A DNA stretch of 44,476 bases from Escherichia phage vB_EcoD_Pubbukkers. Position 1 is the stretch's first letter. Each line of letters starts with the position of its first letter. The notes under the pieces are model-generated. The model was not told the origin of the DNA. It saw only the letters and a program-made list of their open reading frames with translations, and made no database searches. This document shows, piece by piece, positions 17,260-26,772 of this stretch. The stretch is from sequence record NC_073068.1; one strand, given 5' to 3'. The position numbers were made by a program, and so were the translations under genes.

Positions 17260-20200
17260 CGATTATCTACGACGTCACAGGGCATAAAGGCGGCGGCGGC
17301 AAACAGCACACCCCACAGGAGACGCCAGATAGCCTGCATTCGCTGGCTAAAATCCGCATCTTGCTTGCGCTGGGGGAAGGGGAATTCGAAAGTATTACCA
17401 GCGCCAGCGAATTGCGGCAGCGTGTTTACCTTGATGGAACGCCGATCCAGAACGCTGACTTGTCCGAAAACTTCCCTGGCGCGCGTGTGGAGTTCCGCCC
17501 CGGCACACAGCACCAGGATGTGATCCACGGATTTTCAGCGGTGGAAAGTGAGCAATCTGTCGGCGTAAAACTGGAAAACGGTACGCCGTGGGTACGCCAG
17601 ATTAACGATACCAGTCTGGACGCCGTTCGCATTCGCATCGGAATTCCGGCCCTGTACACTAACGAAGATAATGGCGACCTGGTTGGCGGACGCATTGACT
17701 ATAAGATCGTTGTGTATACGGATAACGCCGACCCGCGTGAGTTCAGATTCGCCGCCGTTGGTAAAACAATGTCGCTGTATGAGCGCGACCACCGCATCGA
17801 ATTACCGCCGAACGTGAATACCGGCTGGCGCGTGGAGGTGCACCGCATAACGGCAGACTCCACATCGGCGAAAGTGGTTAATGATATCCGGGTGCAGTCC
17901 ATCACTGAGATTATTGACGCCCGCCTGCGTTACCCGCTAACCGCGCTGTTGTTTGTGGAGTTCGACGCCAAAGCGTTCCAGAACATCCCGCGCGTGTCCA
18001 TCAAGTGCAAAGGTCGCAAAGTTCTAATACCGAACAACTACGACCCGATCAATCATACCTATTCCGGGGACTGGGACGGCACGTTTAAACGCGCATGGAC
18101 GGATAACCCTGCGTGGCACTGGTACGATATTTGTATTACTGAGCGCTTCGGCCTCGGTCGGCGTATCAAACCGCAAATGCTAAACCGATACGCGCTCTAC
18201 CAGATTGCGCAGCGCTGCGATCAGTTGGTCAGCGACGGCAACGGTGGTCGAGAAATCCGCTTTAAGAATGATATGTACATTCAGTCACAGACGGATGCCT
18301 GGACCGTGCTTAAGGATTTAGCCGCCATCTTCGCCGGAATGACCTGGTGGGGCAACCAGATGTTGAATATCGTCAGTGACCAACCGGTCGCAGCAGTGTC
18401 GCACACTATCACCAACGCCTCGGTTATTGATGGGCGCTTCGACTACGCGTCCGGTAGCCAGAAAACTCGGTACTCCACGTTCGCAGTAGCATACGGCAAC
18501 CCGAAGAACCACTATGAAGATGCTATCGCAACGGGGCAACGTGTCGAACTGGTACGCCGCCATAAGATTAACCGTCTCGATATTACGGCGATCGGCTGTA
18601 CGCGTGAATCTGAAGCGCAGCGTCGCGGGCACTGGGCGCTAATTTCCAACCAGCTTGACCAGCAAGTTAGCTTTAAAGTTGGCATGGAAGGGTTATTCTT
18701 TATTCCCGGTAGCGTAGTCGCGATCGCGGATACAAACATTTCTGGCGGTTTTGAGACGCGCGGCGGTCGACTGTTGTCGGACCCCGGAACTCGTACCGTG
18801 CTGAACACGGACAGCGAAATCACATTCCGCCCTGGCGATAAGTTCCTGGTACGCACCGATAGCGGTAATGTGGAGACTCGCGAGATCGCCAGCGTCAACG
18901 GCAACAAGGTAACGCTAAAAACCGCACTGGACGCCAACCCTATTCCTGACCAGCCGTTTTGCGTTGATGGCGACGATATCCAGTTGCAGAAATTCCGCAT
19001 CACCGACCTGGAGTATGACGACTCTACGAGCACTTTCTCGGTGCGCGGGATTGAGTACAACGATAGCAAGTATGATGCCGTTGATAATGGCGCGCGCCTT
19101 GATCCGGGTATCTTTACGCAAGTGCCTGACGGGGTAATGAAGGGGCCGGAATCCGTGACCATCACCCCGTCGCAGATTTCATCGCAAGGGCAGCTAATCA
19201 CCAACGTGGATATTGTATTCCCTCCGGTGAAGGATGCCGTGGTGTATGAAATCCAGTGGAGGCGTACCAGCCTTCAGAATATGGAAATCCAGTGGGGTAA
19301 CGACTGGGTGAATATCCCACGCACGGCGTCGAATGGGGCGCACATCCCTAACGTGTTCTCCGGTAACTACCAGGCACGCGTCCGCGCGATCGGTATGGGC
19401 GAGATTTCATCTCCGTGGGTGTCGTCCGCCATCACGCCGGTGGAAGGTCGTCTCGGTGGGCTTAACGCACCAATCATCACCAACGCTATTTCGGGCCTTC
19501 ACCAGATCTTGTGGAAGTGGAACCACAACAACGCCGCTACTGATATCTCGTACACCGAGCTTGAAGTGCGCAAGACCGGTGAGACTGAATGGAAATTCCT
19601 TACCAACGTCCCATATCCGGGGGCGGAGTATGCGCAAACATCGCTGGAGTTCGGAATTTACCAGCAGTTGCGCGCCCGTGTAGCGGATAAAATCGGCAAC
19701 CTGTCGGACTGGTCGGCCCCGTTTGAAGGGCAGGTGAGTGACAAAGTTGACGAGTACATGAAGGGGCTTGATGACGAGTTCTTGACTTCCGAGGATGGTA
19801 AACGCTTCCAGGAAGCAATCAACACGATCCCGCAGGGTATTTACGAGGCGATGCTCACCGACGCGCAGCAATTGTTCAACGCCCGCGCCGAGTACAAGGG
19901 TATTTATGCGGAAATCTCGGTCGCGTATAACGTGGCGGCGGACGCCCACAAGGCGGTCGCTCAACTGGAGACGTTGATCGGCACGCGACTTGATGACGCG
20001 GAAGCTGCGATCCACACGTTGCAGACCGCGCAGAGCACACAGGAACAAGCGTTCGCCCAGTACCAGCAAACTGTTGCCGCTAAGTTCGGGGAACAGGAAG
20101 CCGCCATCCAGCAGGTACAAACGGCAACCGCAGACGTGGCGGGAGCGCTGGCGGAATATAAGACCCAGGTCGCTACACAGTTCGGTCAGCAGTCCGCCGC

Positions 20201-20675
20201 TATCGAGCAGAAGATGACGTCCTCGTTTAACCACTCTGGTGGTAGCGCCACGTATAGCCTTAAGGCTGGCGTGACATATAACGGGACTTATTATGACGCC
20301 GGTATGCAGCTTTCAGTTGTTGCGGAAGGTGGCGCGGTTAAATCCCGCATCGCGTTCAAGGCGGACCAGTTCTACATCATGCACCCATCTAACGGGTCGC
20401 TTTCGTCCGCGTTTATTGTAGACGGCGGCGCGGTGTATATTGACACGGCACGCATCAAAGACGCGACTATCAACTTCGCGCAGATTACGGACACGTTGCA
20501 ATCGAATAACTACGACGGCTACTCGCGTGGTTGGCGTTTAGGGAAAGACGGAACGTTTATCAACCTGGGAACCGGTAACGGTGGCGGGATGAAACAGACA
20601 AACACGCAAATCAGCGTCAGGGACGGAAACGGCGTGCTCCGCGTGCAGATTGGTGAGATCACAGGTTATTGGTAA
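17256..20675 (+). CDS. central tail fibre / host specificity protein (lambda gpJ-like)
   Basis: 1139 aa, matching gpJ size and position after M/L/K/I-like genes; C-terminal region likely receptor-binding. Confidence 0.85.
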   Translation: MTIIYDVTGHKGGGGKQHTPQETPDSLHSLAKIRILLALGEGEFESITSASELRQRVYLDGTPIQNADLSENFPGARVEFRPGTQHQDVIHGFSAVESEQSVGVKLENGTPWVRQINDTSLDAVRIRIGIPALYTNEDNGDLVGGRIDYKIVVYTDNADPREFRFAAVGKTMSLYERDHRIELPPNVNTGWRVEVHRITADSTSAKVVNDIRVQSITEIIDARLRYPLTALLFVEFDAKAFQNIPRVSIKCKGRKVLIPNNYDPINHTYSGDWDGTFKRAWTDNPAWHWYDICITERFGLGRRIKPQMLNRYALYQIAQRCDQLVSDGNGGREIRFKNDMYIQSQTDAWTVLKDLAAIFAGMTWWGNQMLNIVSDQPVAAVSHTITNASVIDGRFDYASGSQKTRYSTFAVAYGNPKNHYEDAIATGQRVELVRRHKINRLDITAIGCTRESEAQRRGHWALISNQLDQQVSFKVGMEGLFFIPGSVVAIADTNISGGFETRGGRLLSDPGTRTVLNTDSEITFRPGDKFLVRTDSGNVETREIASVNGNKVTLKTALDANPIPDQPFCVDGDDIQLQKFRITDLEYDDSTSTFSVRGIEYNDSKYDAVDNGARLDPGIFTQVPDGVMKGPESVTITPSQISSQGQLITNVDIVFPPVKDAVVYEIQWRRTSLQNMEIQWGNDWVNIPRTASNGAHIPNVFSGNYQARVRAIGMGEISSPWVSSAITPVEGRLGGLNAPIITNAISGLHQILWKWNHNNAATDISYTELEVRKTGETEWKFLTNVPYPGAEYAQTSLEFGIYQQLRARVADKIGNLSDWSAPFEGQVSDKVDEYMKGLDDEFLTSEDGKRFQEAINTIPQGIYEAMLTDAQQLFNARAEYKGIYAEISVAYNVAADAHKAVAQLETLIGTRLDDAEAAIHTLQTAQSTQEQAFAQYQQTVAAKFGEQEAAIQQVQTATADVAGALAEYKTQVATQFGQQSAAIEQKMTSSFNHSGGSATYSLKAGVTYNGTYYDAGMQLSVVAEGGAVKSRIAFKADQFYIMHPSNGSLSSAFIVDGGAVYIDTARIKDATINFAQITDTLQSNNYDGYSRGWRLGKDGTFINLGTGNGGGMKQTNTQISVRDGNGVLRVQIGEITGYW

Positions 20676-20712
20676 CACAGGGGCTTTGGCCCCTTTCTTA
20701 GGGAGGTATAGC

Positions 20713-21015
20713 ATGGCTTTCGGTGTAGCAACATGGGACGCGCAAGGGCGTCCAAACAACTACGGGATCAAGCCCGTTTCGGTTGTCGGAATTATTAAAC
20801 TGGCACAAGGTCAAACATCAGGGGCGTGGTCATTCGATATTCCGTCAGGGATGAAAGTAGGTTTTGCGGTTACGCTGGACGTAGGTGGCACTACGGTCGG
20901 TCGGGCGATCCGCGCCAGCGGGAACACGATAACAGTATATGCGGCGAACAGCGTCGGTATTGGAAACTACCCCGCATCAGAATGTGAAGTAGTAGTTTTT
21001 GTGGAGAAAGCGTAA
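20713..21015 (+). CDS. hypothetical tail-associated protein
   Basis: 100 aa from ATG 20713 (MAFGVATWDAQG) with RBS GGGAGG; directly downstream of the J-like gene. Confidence 0.5.
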   Translation: MAFGVATWDAQGRPNNYGIKPVSVVGIIKLAQGQTSGAWSFDIPSGMKVGFAVTLDVGGTTVGRAIRASGNTITVYAANSVGIGNYPASECEVVVFVEKA

Positions 21016-21017
21016 AA

Positions 21018-21689
21018 ATGGCAAACTTCGGCGCGTTAATCGATAACAACAACGGCAACCCATTCGTCACGCCAAACTCAACGCCATTCGTGCTCTATGC
21101 TAAGGTGTCCGCAAATTCAGTTGACGCAGGTGCGGGTTATAAGACCGCGAGTGGCGCAGTGGATATCCCCGCGAACTATCCGGCGATGGTGTTCATGCGG
21201 TCTAATAACCGTTGTGTACTCGCAGCGTCCCGGTCAGGAAACAGGATTTTATTTAGCGGAAGCATTCAGGGGCGGAATAACCCACATTTTACCGTCACGG
21301 CGTATGTATTCGCGCGATTCCCACAGCCGCTGCCGAAATGGGGATTTGCTATTTGGGACGCCAGCGGGACTTGCATACTAACCAACGAGAGCAAGGTGCT
21401 CACCGATCTAGTCACTGTTGGCAGCTTCGGTAATAACGGCGGGATCAACATAGACCAGACGTTGCCGGGTAAGTACGCGGTGTCGCCAATGTTAATGGGG
21501 GCTACTCTAATCCGAATATTCGTGCAAGGACAGCCGCAAATAATCCAGATTTCGGCGGGCGCAGGCGCTTATGACAACGGAAGCGGCACTCGTATTAACG
21601 CAGTCGCAACGCAGGCGGGGTCTGGTAGCATCGCAGGATATCAAAACACCGGCGTTGCTCTGACTGCAATTAACGTTGATGGGATATGA
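21018..21689 (+). CDS. hypothetical tail-associated protein
   Basis: 223 aa; Gly/Asn/Ser-rich; shares a W-D-A-x-G segment with the preceding small protein (possible paralogue). Confidence 0.5.
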   Translation: MANFGALIDNNNGNPFVTPNSTPFVLYAKVSANSVDAGAGYKTASGAVDIPANYPAMVFMRSNNRCVLAASRSGNRILFSGSIQGRNNPHFTVTAYVFARFPQPLPKWGFAIWDASGTCILTNESKVLTDLVTVGSFGNNGGINIDQTLPGKYAVSPMLMGATLIRIFVQGQPQIIQISAGAGAYDNGSGTRINAVATQAGSGSIAGYQNTGVALTAINVDGI

Positions 21690-21707
21690 GTAAACCCCTT
21701 TCGGGGT

Positions 21708-21926
21708 TTACTTGCAGGTTGTGCTTTTGAAATGGTCAACTGACACATACTGGAAGTTGAACGGGTATCCCGCCCTTAGCATTTTATGCCCGGAGAAGTC
21801 CGCAACACCATACACAGGGACCACATAATCCATGCCGCTATTCTGGTATGTGGCGTCGCAGACTTTAGCGGGCATGTCGGCGCAACCGGACAAAAGAACC
21901 GCACAAATCATAATTAAAGTTTTCAT
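21708..21926 (-). CDS. small lipoprotein, candidate superinfection-exclusion protein (Cor/Llp-like)
   Basis: 72 aa from ATG 21926 (MKTLIMICAVLLSGCADMP) with lipobox LLSGC and RBS AGGGGATGA; on the opposite strand between tail genes and the side fibre gene. Confidence 0.6.
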   Translation of the reverse strand: MKTLIMICAVLLSGCADMPAKVCDATYQNSGMDYVVPVYGVADFSGHKMLRAGYPFNFQYVSVDHFKSTTCK

Positions 21927-22005
21927 GGTATCATCCCCTATATTTGGTTGAGTTTTAGTATTACACCGCTCAGCCAGGATTGCAACCAATTACGAGGATT
22001 TAGCT

Positions 22006-23577
22006 ATGGCAGCGGGTACGCTATCCGTAACGAACAATAGCAAGGCGGTAGTAGGGGTCGGCACAACGTTTACCTCGTTTAACGCTGGCGACTTCTTAAC
22101 GCTGGTGGTAGGACAAGTCCCCTACACCGTAGCAATCGCGTCCATTGAAAGCGAAACCGCGCTTACGCTGGTGCTGCCGTTCGACGGCCCAACGGCAACC
22201 GGCCTCGCGTGGGATGGCGTTAAGCGCGATACCATGTCACTGGCTACGATGGGTGTTACCGTCCAGGCACAGAAAGCACTACGCTTGATGATTGCAGATG
22301 AAAACAACTGGCGTGCAATCTTCGGCGACGCTGAAGAAATCACAGTGACGTTACCTAACGGGCAGGTTATGCAGGGCATGTCATGGGGCTATCTGTCACA
22401 GCTAATGAAGCAGATCGACCCTGTTGAGATGCGCAACCTGCAACAGCAAGCCGCCGCATCGGAAGCAGCCGCGCAGGGATTTCGCGATCAGGCCGAAGAA
22501 TGGGCGAAAAGCGTAAACCCCGACAACCTACTAACCAAATCCGGCAACCTAGCGGGGCTTGCGGACAAAGGCGCGTCGTGGGCTAACCTTATGCCGCCCG
22601 GACCGCTTCGCATAGGTGCGGACCCCGTAAACCACCTGGACGCTGCGACTAAAGGGTGGGTGTGGCGCGGTCTTGATGACGTGGGGCTTTGGGGCTTACG
22701 CAATAACTACGCTTCAGAACCCGCAGGGGGTGCAGAAGTATACGGCGGGCGCTTTGACTCCTCTATGAACGTCGCAGGGGCCGAAAAATATAGAATGTCG
22801 ATACAGCTTCAGGGCTTAAATAACGTAGACGCCTGGACCCGCTTGGCGACCGTTGACGCCAGCAGCATGGCTACCGAGGCGTCGTGGGACTTTAAATATG
22901 ATGGCAAGATTATTTTCAACAAAGGATTGTCGCCATCGTCCACCTCGGCGTCGCCAGGTAATACCTACGTAACCCTTGCGAATACATGGATGGGCGACCA
23001 ATATTCGGGACACGTCGGCTTTGTTGGAGGCGGGGCGGGGACGAGTGGTGGCGGGTGGCGTAACTTTATTTCGTTCGGCGCGCTGATCCACCCGCCCACC
23101 GGTAACTCGCACCCCCATGCTATGATTGCGCAGGTCTTTGATTATGATTTGGCGTCCGGTACACAGCCTAACGGCGATATCGTTCGAAACACTACATTCA
23201 ACCCCGAAGCATACGATATCACCTTCGGCAACAACTCAGGGACTGTTAACTATATTTTCGCAAAGTCCCCGGTATCCGATAGGGCGCTGAAGCATGATAT
23301 CGCCCGGATCGATACTCAAGTTGCGTACGATAACGTTATGACTATGGAGTACTCGTCCTTTGTTTATAACTACGACAAAAAAGAGACGGTTAGACGTGGT
23401 TTTATCGCGCAGCAGTTGGAAGAGATCGACCCGCAGTATGTCCGCAAGTACACCAACGCAACCGGTAAAGAGTTTCTGGCATTAGACGAAAACGTCCTAC
23501 TACTTGACCTTGTCGCGACTGTTCAGCATTTGGCGGCGAAGGTTGAGGCGTTAGAAAGTAAGTTAGCGGAGAAATAA
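22006..23577 (+). CDS. side tail fibre with C-terminal intramolecular chaperone (peptidase S74-like)
   Basis: 523 aa; C-terminal SDRALKHDIARIDTQVAYDNVMTMEYSSFVYNYD...RRGFIAQQLEEIDPQYV resembles the auto-cleaving chaperone domain of endosialidase/T5-type fibres. Confidence 0.75.
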   Translation: MAAGTLSVTNNSKAVVGVGTTFTSFNAGDFLTLVVGQVPYTVAIASIESETALTLVLPFDGPTATGLAWDGVKRDTMSLATMGVTVQAQKALRLMIADENNWRAIFGDAEEITVTLPNGQVMQGMSWGYLSQLMKQIDPVEMRNLQQQAAASEAAAQGFRDQAEEWAKSVNPDNLLTKSGNLAGLADKGASWANLMPPGPLRIGADPVNHLDAATKGWVWRGLDDVGLWGLRNNYASEPAGGAEVYGGRFDSSMNVAGAEKYRMSIQLQGLNNVDAWTRLATVDASSMATEASWDFKYDGKIIFNKGLSPSSTSASPGNTYVTLANTWMGDQYSGHVGFVGGGAGTSGGGWRNFISFGALIHPPTGNSHPHAMIAQVFDYDLASGTQPNGDIVRNTTFNPEAYDITFGNNSGTVNYIFAKSPVSDRALKHDIARIDTQVAYDNVMTMEYSSFVYNYDKKETVRRGFIAQQLEEIDPQYVRKYTNATGKEFLALDENVLLLDLVATVQHLAAKVEALESKLAEK

Positions 23578-23583
23578 GGATAA

Positions 23584-23608
23584 GGGGCCGTATGGCCCCT
23601 ATTTTTAG
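23584..23608. terminator. bidirectional rho-independent terminator
   Basis: AGGGGCC-gtat-GGCCCCT stem followed by ATTTTT; between the plus fibre gene end (23577) and the minus gene end (23605). Confidence 0.7.
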
Positions 23609-24180
23609 TTTGAGTTTTCCCAGTCCATTTTGCGCCGCACCAGCGGGCTTTCGTAATATTCCTTTCCTTCCACTTCCACCAAAGGCCAGTCGTTCACAAT
23701 CACGTATGGCTCCGCGATATCCTCAATCACGCCGTGCGCGCTTTGCGGCCCTAACGACACACCAACCAGGATAACACCGGCAACGCGACGGGTCAGATAT
23801 TCGCGAGCACAACGCGCCTCTACCAGCCCGCGACGGATGCCGCTGGTGGCTTTAACCTCGTAGGTCCAGACGGCATCGATCACATGCTCGCGGAAGTCGG
23901 GGCCGGACTTTACCTTGCGCTTGCCGACCATGATGATATCGCCGCGGTCAATGGTATTGGCGCTAAACAGGCCGGTACGCATAAGTAAGCCTTGCGGTAT
24001 GCAACTACGCCCGCCCGCCTGCCCTTCAAGGTACATGCCTGCAAACATTTCGCCCAGCACACCGACCAGTCGGCTTTGCTTGCACGCGTCAGACTTTAAG
24101 CGCCACTGATCAAACTCGATGCTTGCTATCATTGCCGCCAGGTGGAATTGTTTACCGGATATTTCATATTCGCCGTACAT
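23605..24180 (-). CDS. hypothetical protein
   Basis: 191-aa ORF at the distal end of the leftward operon; no motif recognised. Confidence 0.55.
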   Translation of the reverse strand: MYGEYEISGKQFHLAAMIASIEFDQWRLKSDACKQSRLVGVLGEMFAGMYLEGQAGGRSCIPQGLLMRTGLFSANTIDRGDIIMVGKRKVKSGPDFREHVIDAVWTYEVKATSGIRRGLVEARCAREYLTRRVAGVILVGVSLGPQSAHGVIEDIAEPYVIVNDWPLVEVEGKEYYESPLVRRKMDWENSN

Positions 24181-24222
24181 CGTGTGGCCCTCATTGATGC
24201 GGGCCAGAGCCCGCGATTAGAA

Positions 24223-24777
24223 TTATTTCAGTGCACCAGTCACCAGTGTTTTTTCCATGTTACGGAAATCTTCCTGCGTCATGCAGATTTTCGATCCGTC
24301 TTCGCCGGTGCGCACGACCATAGGCTGGACGTCCTGGGCTACAACTCCAAAATTGGCGGCCCTAACAGTCTTTCCGAACGAGGCCACCGTGTCCTCTGCA
24401 ACGCGAATTGCGTTGTTATACGCATTAATCTCGCCGTCCAGGCGCACGGACAGGCCTTTGAGGCTGTCGAATTGTGCTGCCGTTGTGTCGATCTGAATCT
24501 CGTCATGCACGGTCATGTACGACTCGCCCAGCAATGCGGCATACGCTACCAGGTCCACGATATTATCTTCCTGGTGCTTACGGTGCTGGCGTACCAGCTT
24601 CAGGCAGATCAAGAAGGTCCAGGCTTCTTGCTCGGTCAGGTCGCGACCGGTAAGCGCATTAAACACGGCAGCGATCTGTTTAGCGCTGCGTTCTTCTTTC
24701 GCGTTGTCATAGCCGTTTTCTTTCCCGCGCTGTTCCATAGTGGTGGCGGCGTTTTTGCAGTATTCGTATGCTTTCAT
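24223..24777 (-). CDS. hypothetical protein (all-alpha, possibly MazG-like NTP pyrophosphohydrolase)
   Basis: 184 aa; start ATG at 24777 sits directly downstream of a promoter-like palindromic motif; functional guess is weak. Confidence 0.5.
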   Translation of the reverse strand: MKAYEYCKNAATTMEQRGKENGYDNAKEERSAKQIAAVFNALTGRDLTEQEAWTFLICLKLVRQHRKHQEDNIVDLVAYAALLGESYMTVHDEIQIDTTAAQFDSLKGLSVRLDGEINAYNNAIRVAEDTVASFGKTVRAANFGVVAQDVQPMVVRTGEDGSKICMTQEDFRNMEKTLVTGALK

Positions 24778-24839
24778 TATGTGGTCCTTTTTAGTTGGGG
24801 GCGGTATTGCCCCGACGCGTTAACTATAGTGCAACCAAC

Positions 24840-25310
24840 CTATTGGTTGCAAGTGAATTTCGCAACGTTTATTGCGTAAATATTCGGGACCAAATCGCTA
24901 CACGCCCGACGGATAGCTGCAATGTTCTTCGGGCAGTCTTCAATGATGACCAGTTCCGACACGTCTGCGTAGCAGACCATTTTGAACACGGTGCACGCCT
25001 TAAACTCCGGCGGCGGGGTGTCGTCCAGCATGTGGCGCATAAACAACCGGCCTGCCGGGAATACTTCCAGTTGCTCGGCGGTAGTCTCCCAACATTCGCG
25101 CTGCCGGTTAGTCAGATACGCTATCTCGAAGCCTTGCTCTTTGTACATGCGCAACAGCGGCAGCATATCCATGTTCAGGTCTTCGCGAACGTGCGCTTTG
25201 TGCCACTTCGCCCAAAAGGTGGATTTCGTTTTTATGCCTGGCACCAGGTCGGCGCGGGCATCACTCGAACCATTAATGACGCCATCCAGATCACAAATCA
25301 GTAATTTCAT
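24840..25310 (-). CDS. HAD-superfamily phosphatase (putative)
   Basis: 156 aa from ATG 25310 (MKLLICDLDGVINGS): the DxDGV motif I of haloacid dehalogenase-like hydrolases sits at the N-terminus; the ORF-track extension to 25376 is rejected. Confidence 0.6.
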   Translation of the reverse strand: MKLLICDLDGVINGSSDARADLVPGIKTKSTFWAKWHKAHVREDLNMDMLPLLRMYKEQGFEIAYLTNRQRECWETTAEQLEVFPAGRLFMRHMLDDTPPPEFKACTVFKMVCYADVSELVIIEDCPKNIAAIRRACSDLVPNIYAINVAKFTCNQ

Positions 25311-25531
25311 TTTAATTCCTCGATCAAATTCATACGAACAGCACGGGCGGATAACGTGTCGCACACTAGATGACAACGGGCGGTCATTACGAGCCAGCCG
25401 GTAAGATCCATCCCAAGCAATTGCTCGGGGCGGATAACGCGACGTACTTTATTCTCCCTCGGGTTGATTTGGTAGCGTTTAACAATTTCGTCCACGACGC
25501 GCAGACTGCGATCAACGACTAAGATATTCAA
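25307..25531 (-). CDS. hypothetical protein
   Basis: 74-aa ORF with TTG start per ORF track, tightly packed between flanking genes. Confidence 0.4.
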   Translation of the reverse strand: MNILVVDRSLRVVDEIVKRYQINPRENKVRRVIRPEQLLGMDLTGWLVMTARCHLVCDTLSARAVRMNLIEELK

Positions 25532-25997
25532 GGAGTTCTCCTTCGCTCATTATTTCAATTTTTGCGCTGCCGATTGGTGGCGCTTCGTCAAAGATTATCA
25601 ATTGCTGGCACTTGTTATTGCTCGGCCCGACTTCGCCGGTGACGGCGTGAATGAATCTAATCCGCCAGTCCAGAAGAATTATCAGGTTTGCAGTCTTCCG
25701 GGCCAACTTCGCCCACTTCGTCGACGTGTCCTGATTCAGTAGCATGACAGTCCGGCGACCGTGCGCTGCGCATTCCACCCACGGCAGCGGGTCGGAATAC
25801 GGCGGATTGCACCATTTCCACCCTTTCAACTCTGCCCAGTCCACATCAAGCGCGCTGTGCTCCGCCGTGAAGTAACGCGGTAGCAGATGATTGGCGTCGC
25901 TCGCCGCCATATCGTAACGGAATCGGAACTTACGGCGCAGCGGTTTGAATAAAGCTGGCGGCGTGCGCCAGCTATCTTTTTGCTCACTCTTCTGCAT
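25512..25997 (-). CDS. DNA N6-adenine methyltransferase (phage N6A-MTase family)
   Basis: 161 aa; catalytic NPPY motif (WCNPPYSD) and the N-terminal WRTPP...LF segment typical of small phage Dam-like methylases. Confidence 0.78.
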   Translation of the reverse strand: MQKSEQKDSWRTPPALFKPLRRKFRFRYDMAASDANHLLPRYFTAEHSALDVDWAELKGWKWCNPPYSDPLPWVECAAHGRRTVMLLNQDTSTKWAKLARKTANLIILLDWRIRFIHAVTGEVGPSNNKCQQLIIFDEAPPIGSAKIEIMSEGELLEYLSR

Positions 25998-26448
25998 GAC
26001 CTGGATCTATCGCGTATAAAGGGACTTTATTGCCGGTTTTCATAACGCGCTGGACGCGCTTTGACTCCTCGGCGCTCATTGGGCGCATATCAGTGCTATA
26101 ACCACCGTTTGATGTGTGCCGCCACGCTATCAGCACCAGATCTTTCCGGTCGATCTTAGACTGGCGGCCCTTCGGTCGCACGTACGCCTCGGCCAGTTTG
26201 CAATGCTCGCGCAGACCTTCGGCAGTGATGCGGTTTAGCGCGACGGTGGTTGTGTACCCGGTGCGCTGCATAATACCCATCAACTCATACAGCAGTTCGA
26301 AGCGCTCCTCTAACTCCTTGCGCATCTTTTCCTCGCCTTCATAGCTCGCCAGGTAGGTATCCGCCAGCGCGTTCGCCCGTTCGACCTGTTCGCGGGCTTC
26401 GAGGCATTGCGCGGCCCAGTAATTTTTCTCTTCTTGTAAAATTTTCAT
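25984..26448 (-). CDS. hypothetical protein
   Basis: 154 aa; charged, helical-looking N-terminus; no motif recognised. Confidence 0.5.
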   Translation of the reverse strand: MKILQEEKNYWAAQCLEAREQVERANALADTYLASYEGEEKMRKELEERFELLYELMGIMQRTGYTTTVALNRITAEGLREHCKLAEAYVRPKGRQSKIDRKDLVLIAWRHTSNGGYSTDMRPMSAEESKRVQRVMKTGNKVPLYAIDPGHAEE

Positions 26449-26691
26449 TTATTTAATCTCCGTAGTGCGGATTTCCTTGCGAGGAATAAATTTGCCGTCT
26501 TTCTCGACCCAGCAAGTTCCGTAACGCCATTGGGTATTACGGCCTGTTTGCTCGGCATATACGGTCTTGCATTCGTAGCGTTCCGAGTAGTAAATAGCCG
26601 CGGTAGGTACGAAAATACAAACGGCAAACATGAGGGTGAGTATCACCCAAAATCGAAGGTCGCCGTCGTAGTCGAAAAATAATGATCTCAT
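26449..26691 (-). CDS. small membrane protein
   Basis: 80 aa with one hydrophobic helix (FWVILTLMFAVCIFVPTAAIYY); ATG at 26691 downstream of a promoter-like motif pair. Confidence 0.45.
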   Translation of the reverse strand: MRSLFFDYDGDLRFWVILTLMFAVCIFVPTAAIYYSERYECKTVYAEQTGRNTQWRYGTCWVEKDGKFIPRKEIRTTEIK

Positions 26692-26705
26692 TGTGTCGTC
26701 TCCGG

Positions 26706-26736
26706 GTATTAAAAAGGGCGTCCAAACCGGACACCC
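26706..26736 (-). terminator. rho-independent terminator on minus strand
   Basis: On the minus strand GGGUGUCC-gguuu-GGACGCCC followed by UUUUUAAU; immediately downstream of the motif pair at 26746-26772. Confidence 0.5.
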
Positions 26737-26772
26737 TCAATATAATGCAACCAATACGGTTACGCAACCAAT

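Noticed and set aside
19407-20234. 275-aa antisense ORF inside the J-like gene (similarly 18512..19204, 12655..12930, 13282..13692, 7046..7903, 9936..10649, 32383..33009)
   Set aside because: These lie entirely within well-supported long genes on the opposite strand, have Arg/Leu/Ser-rich composition and no RBS; they are typical spurious ORFs.
21690-21712. Hairpin AAACCCC-tttc-GGGGTTT between the tail-associated gene and the lipoprotein gene as a strong terminator
   Set aside because: A good stem, but it lacks a clear T-tract on either strand; possibly a weak bidirectional terminator or just a structural element.
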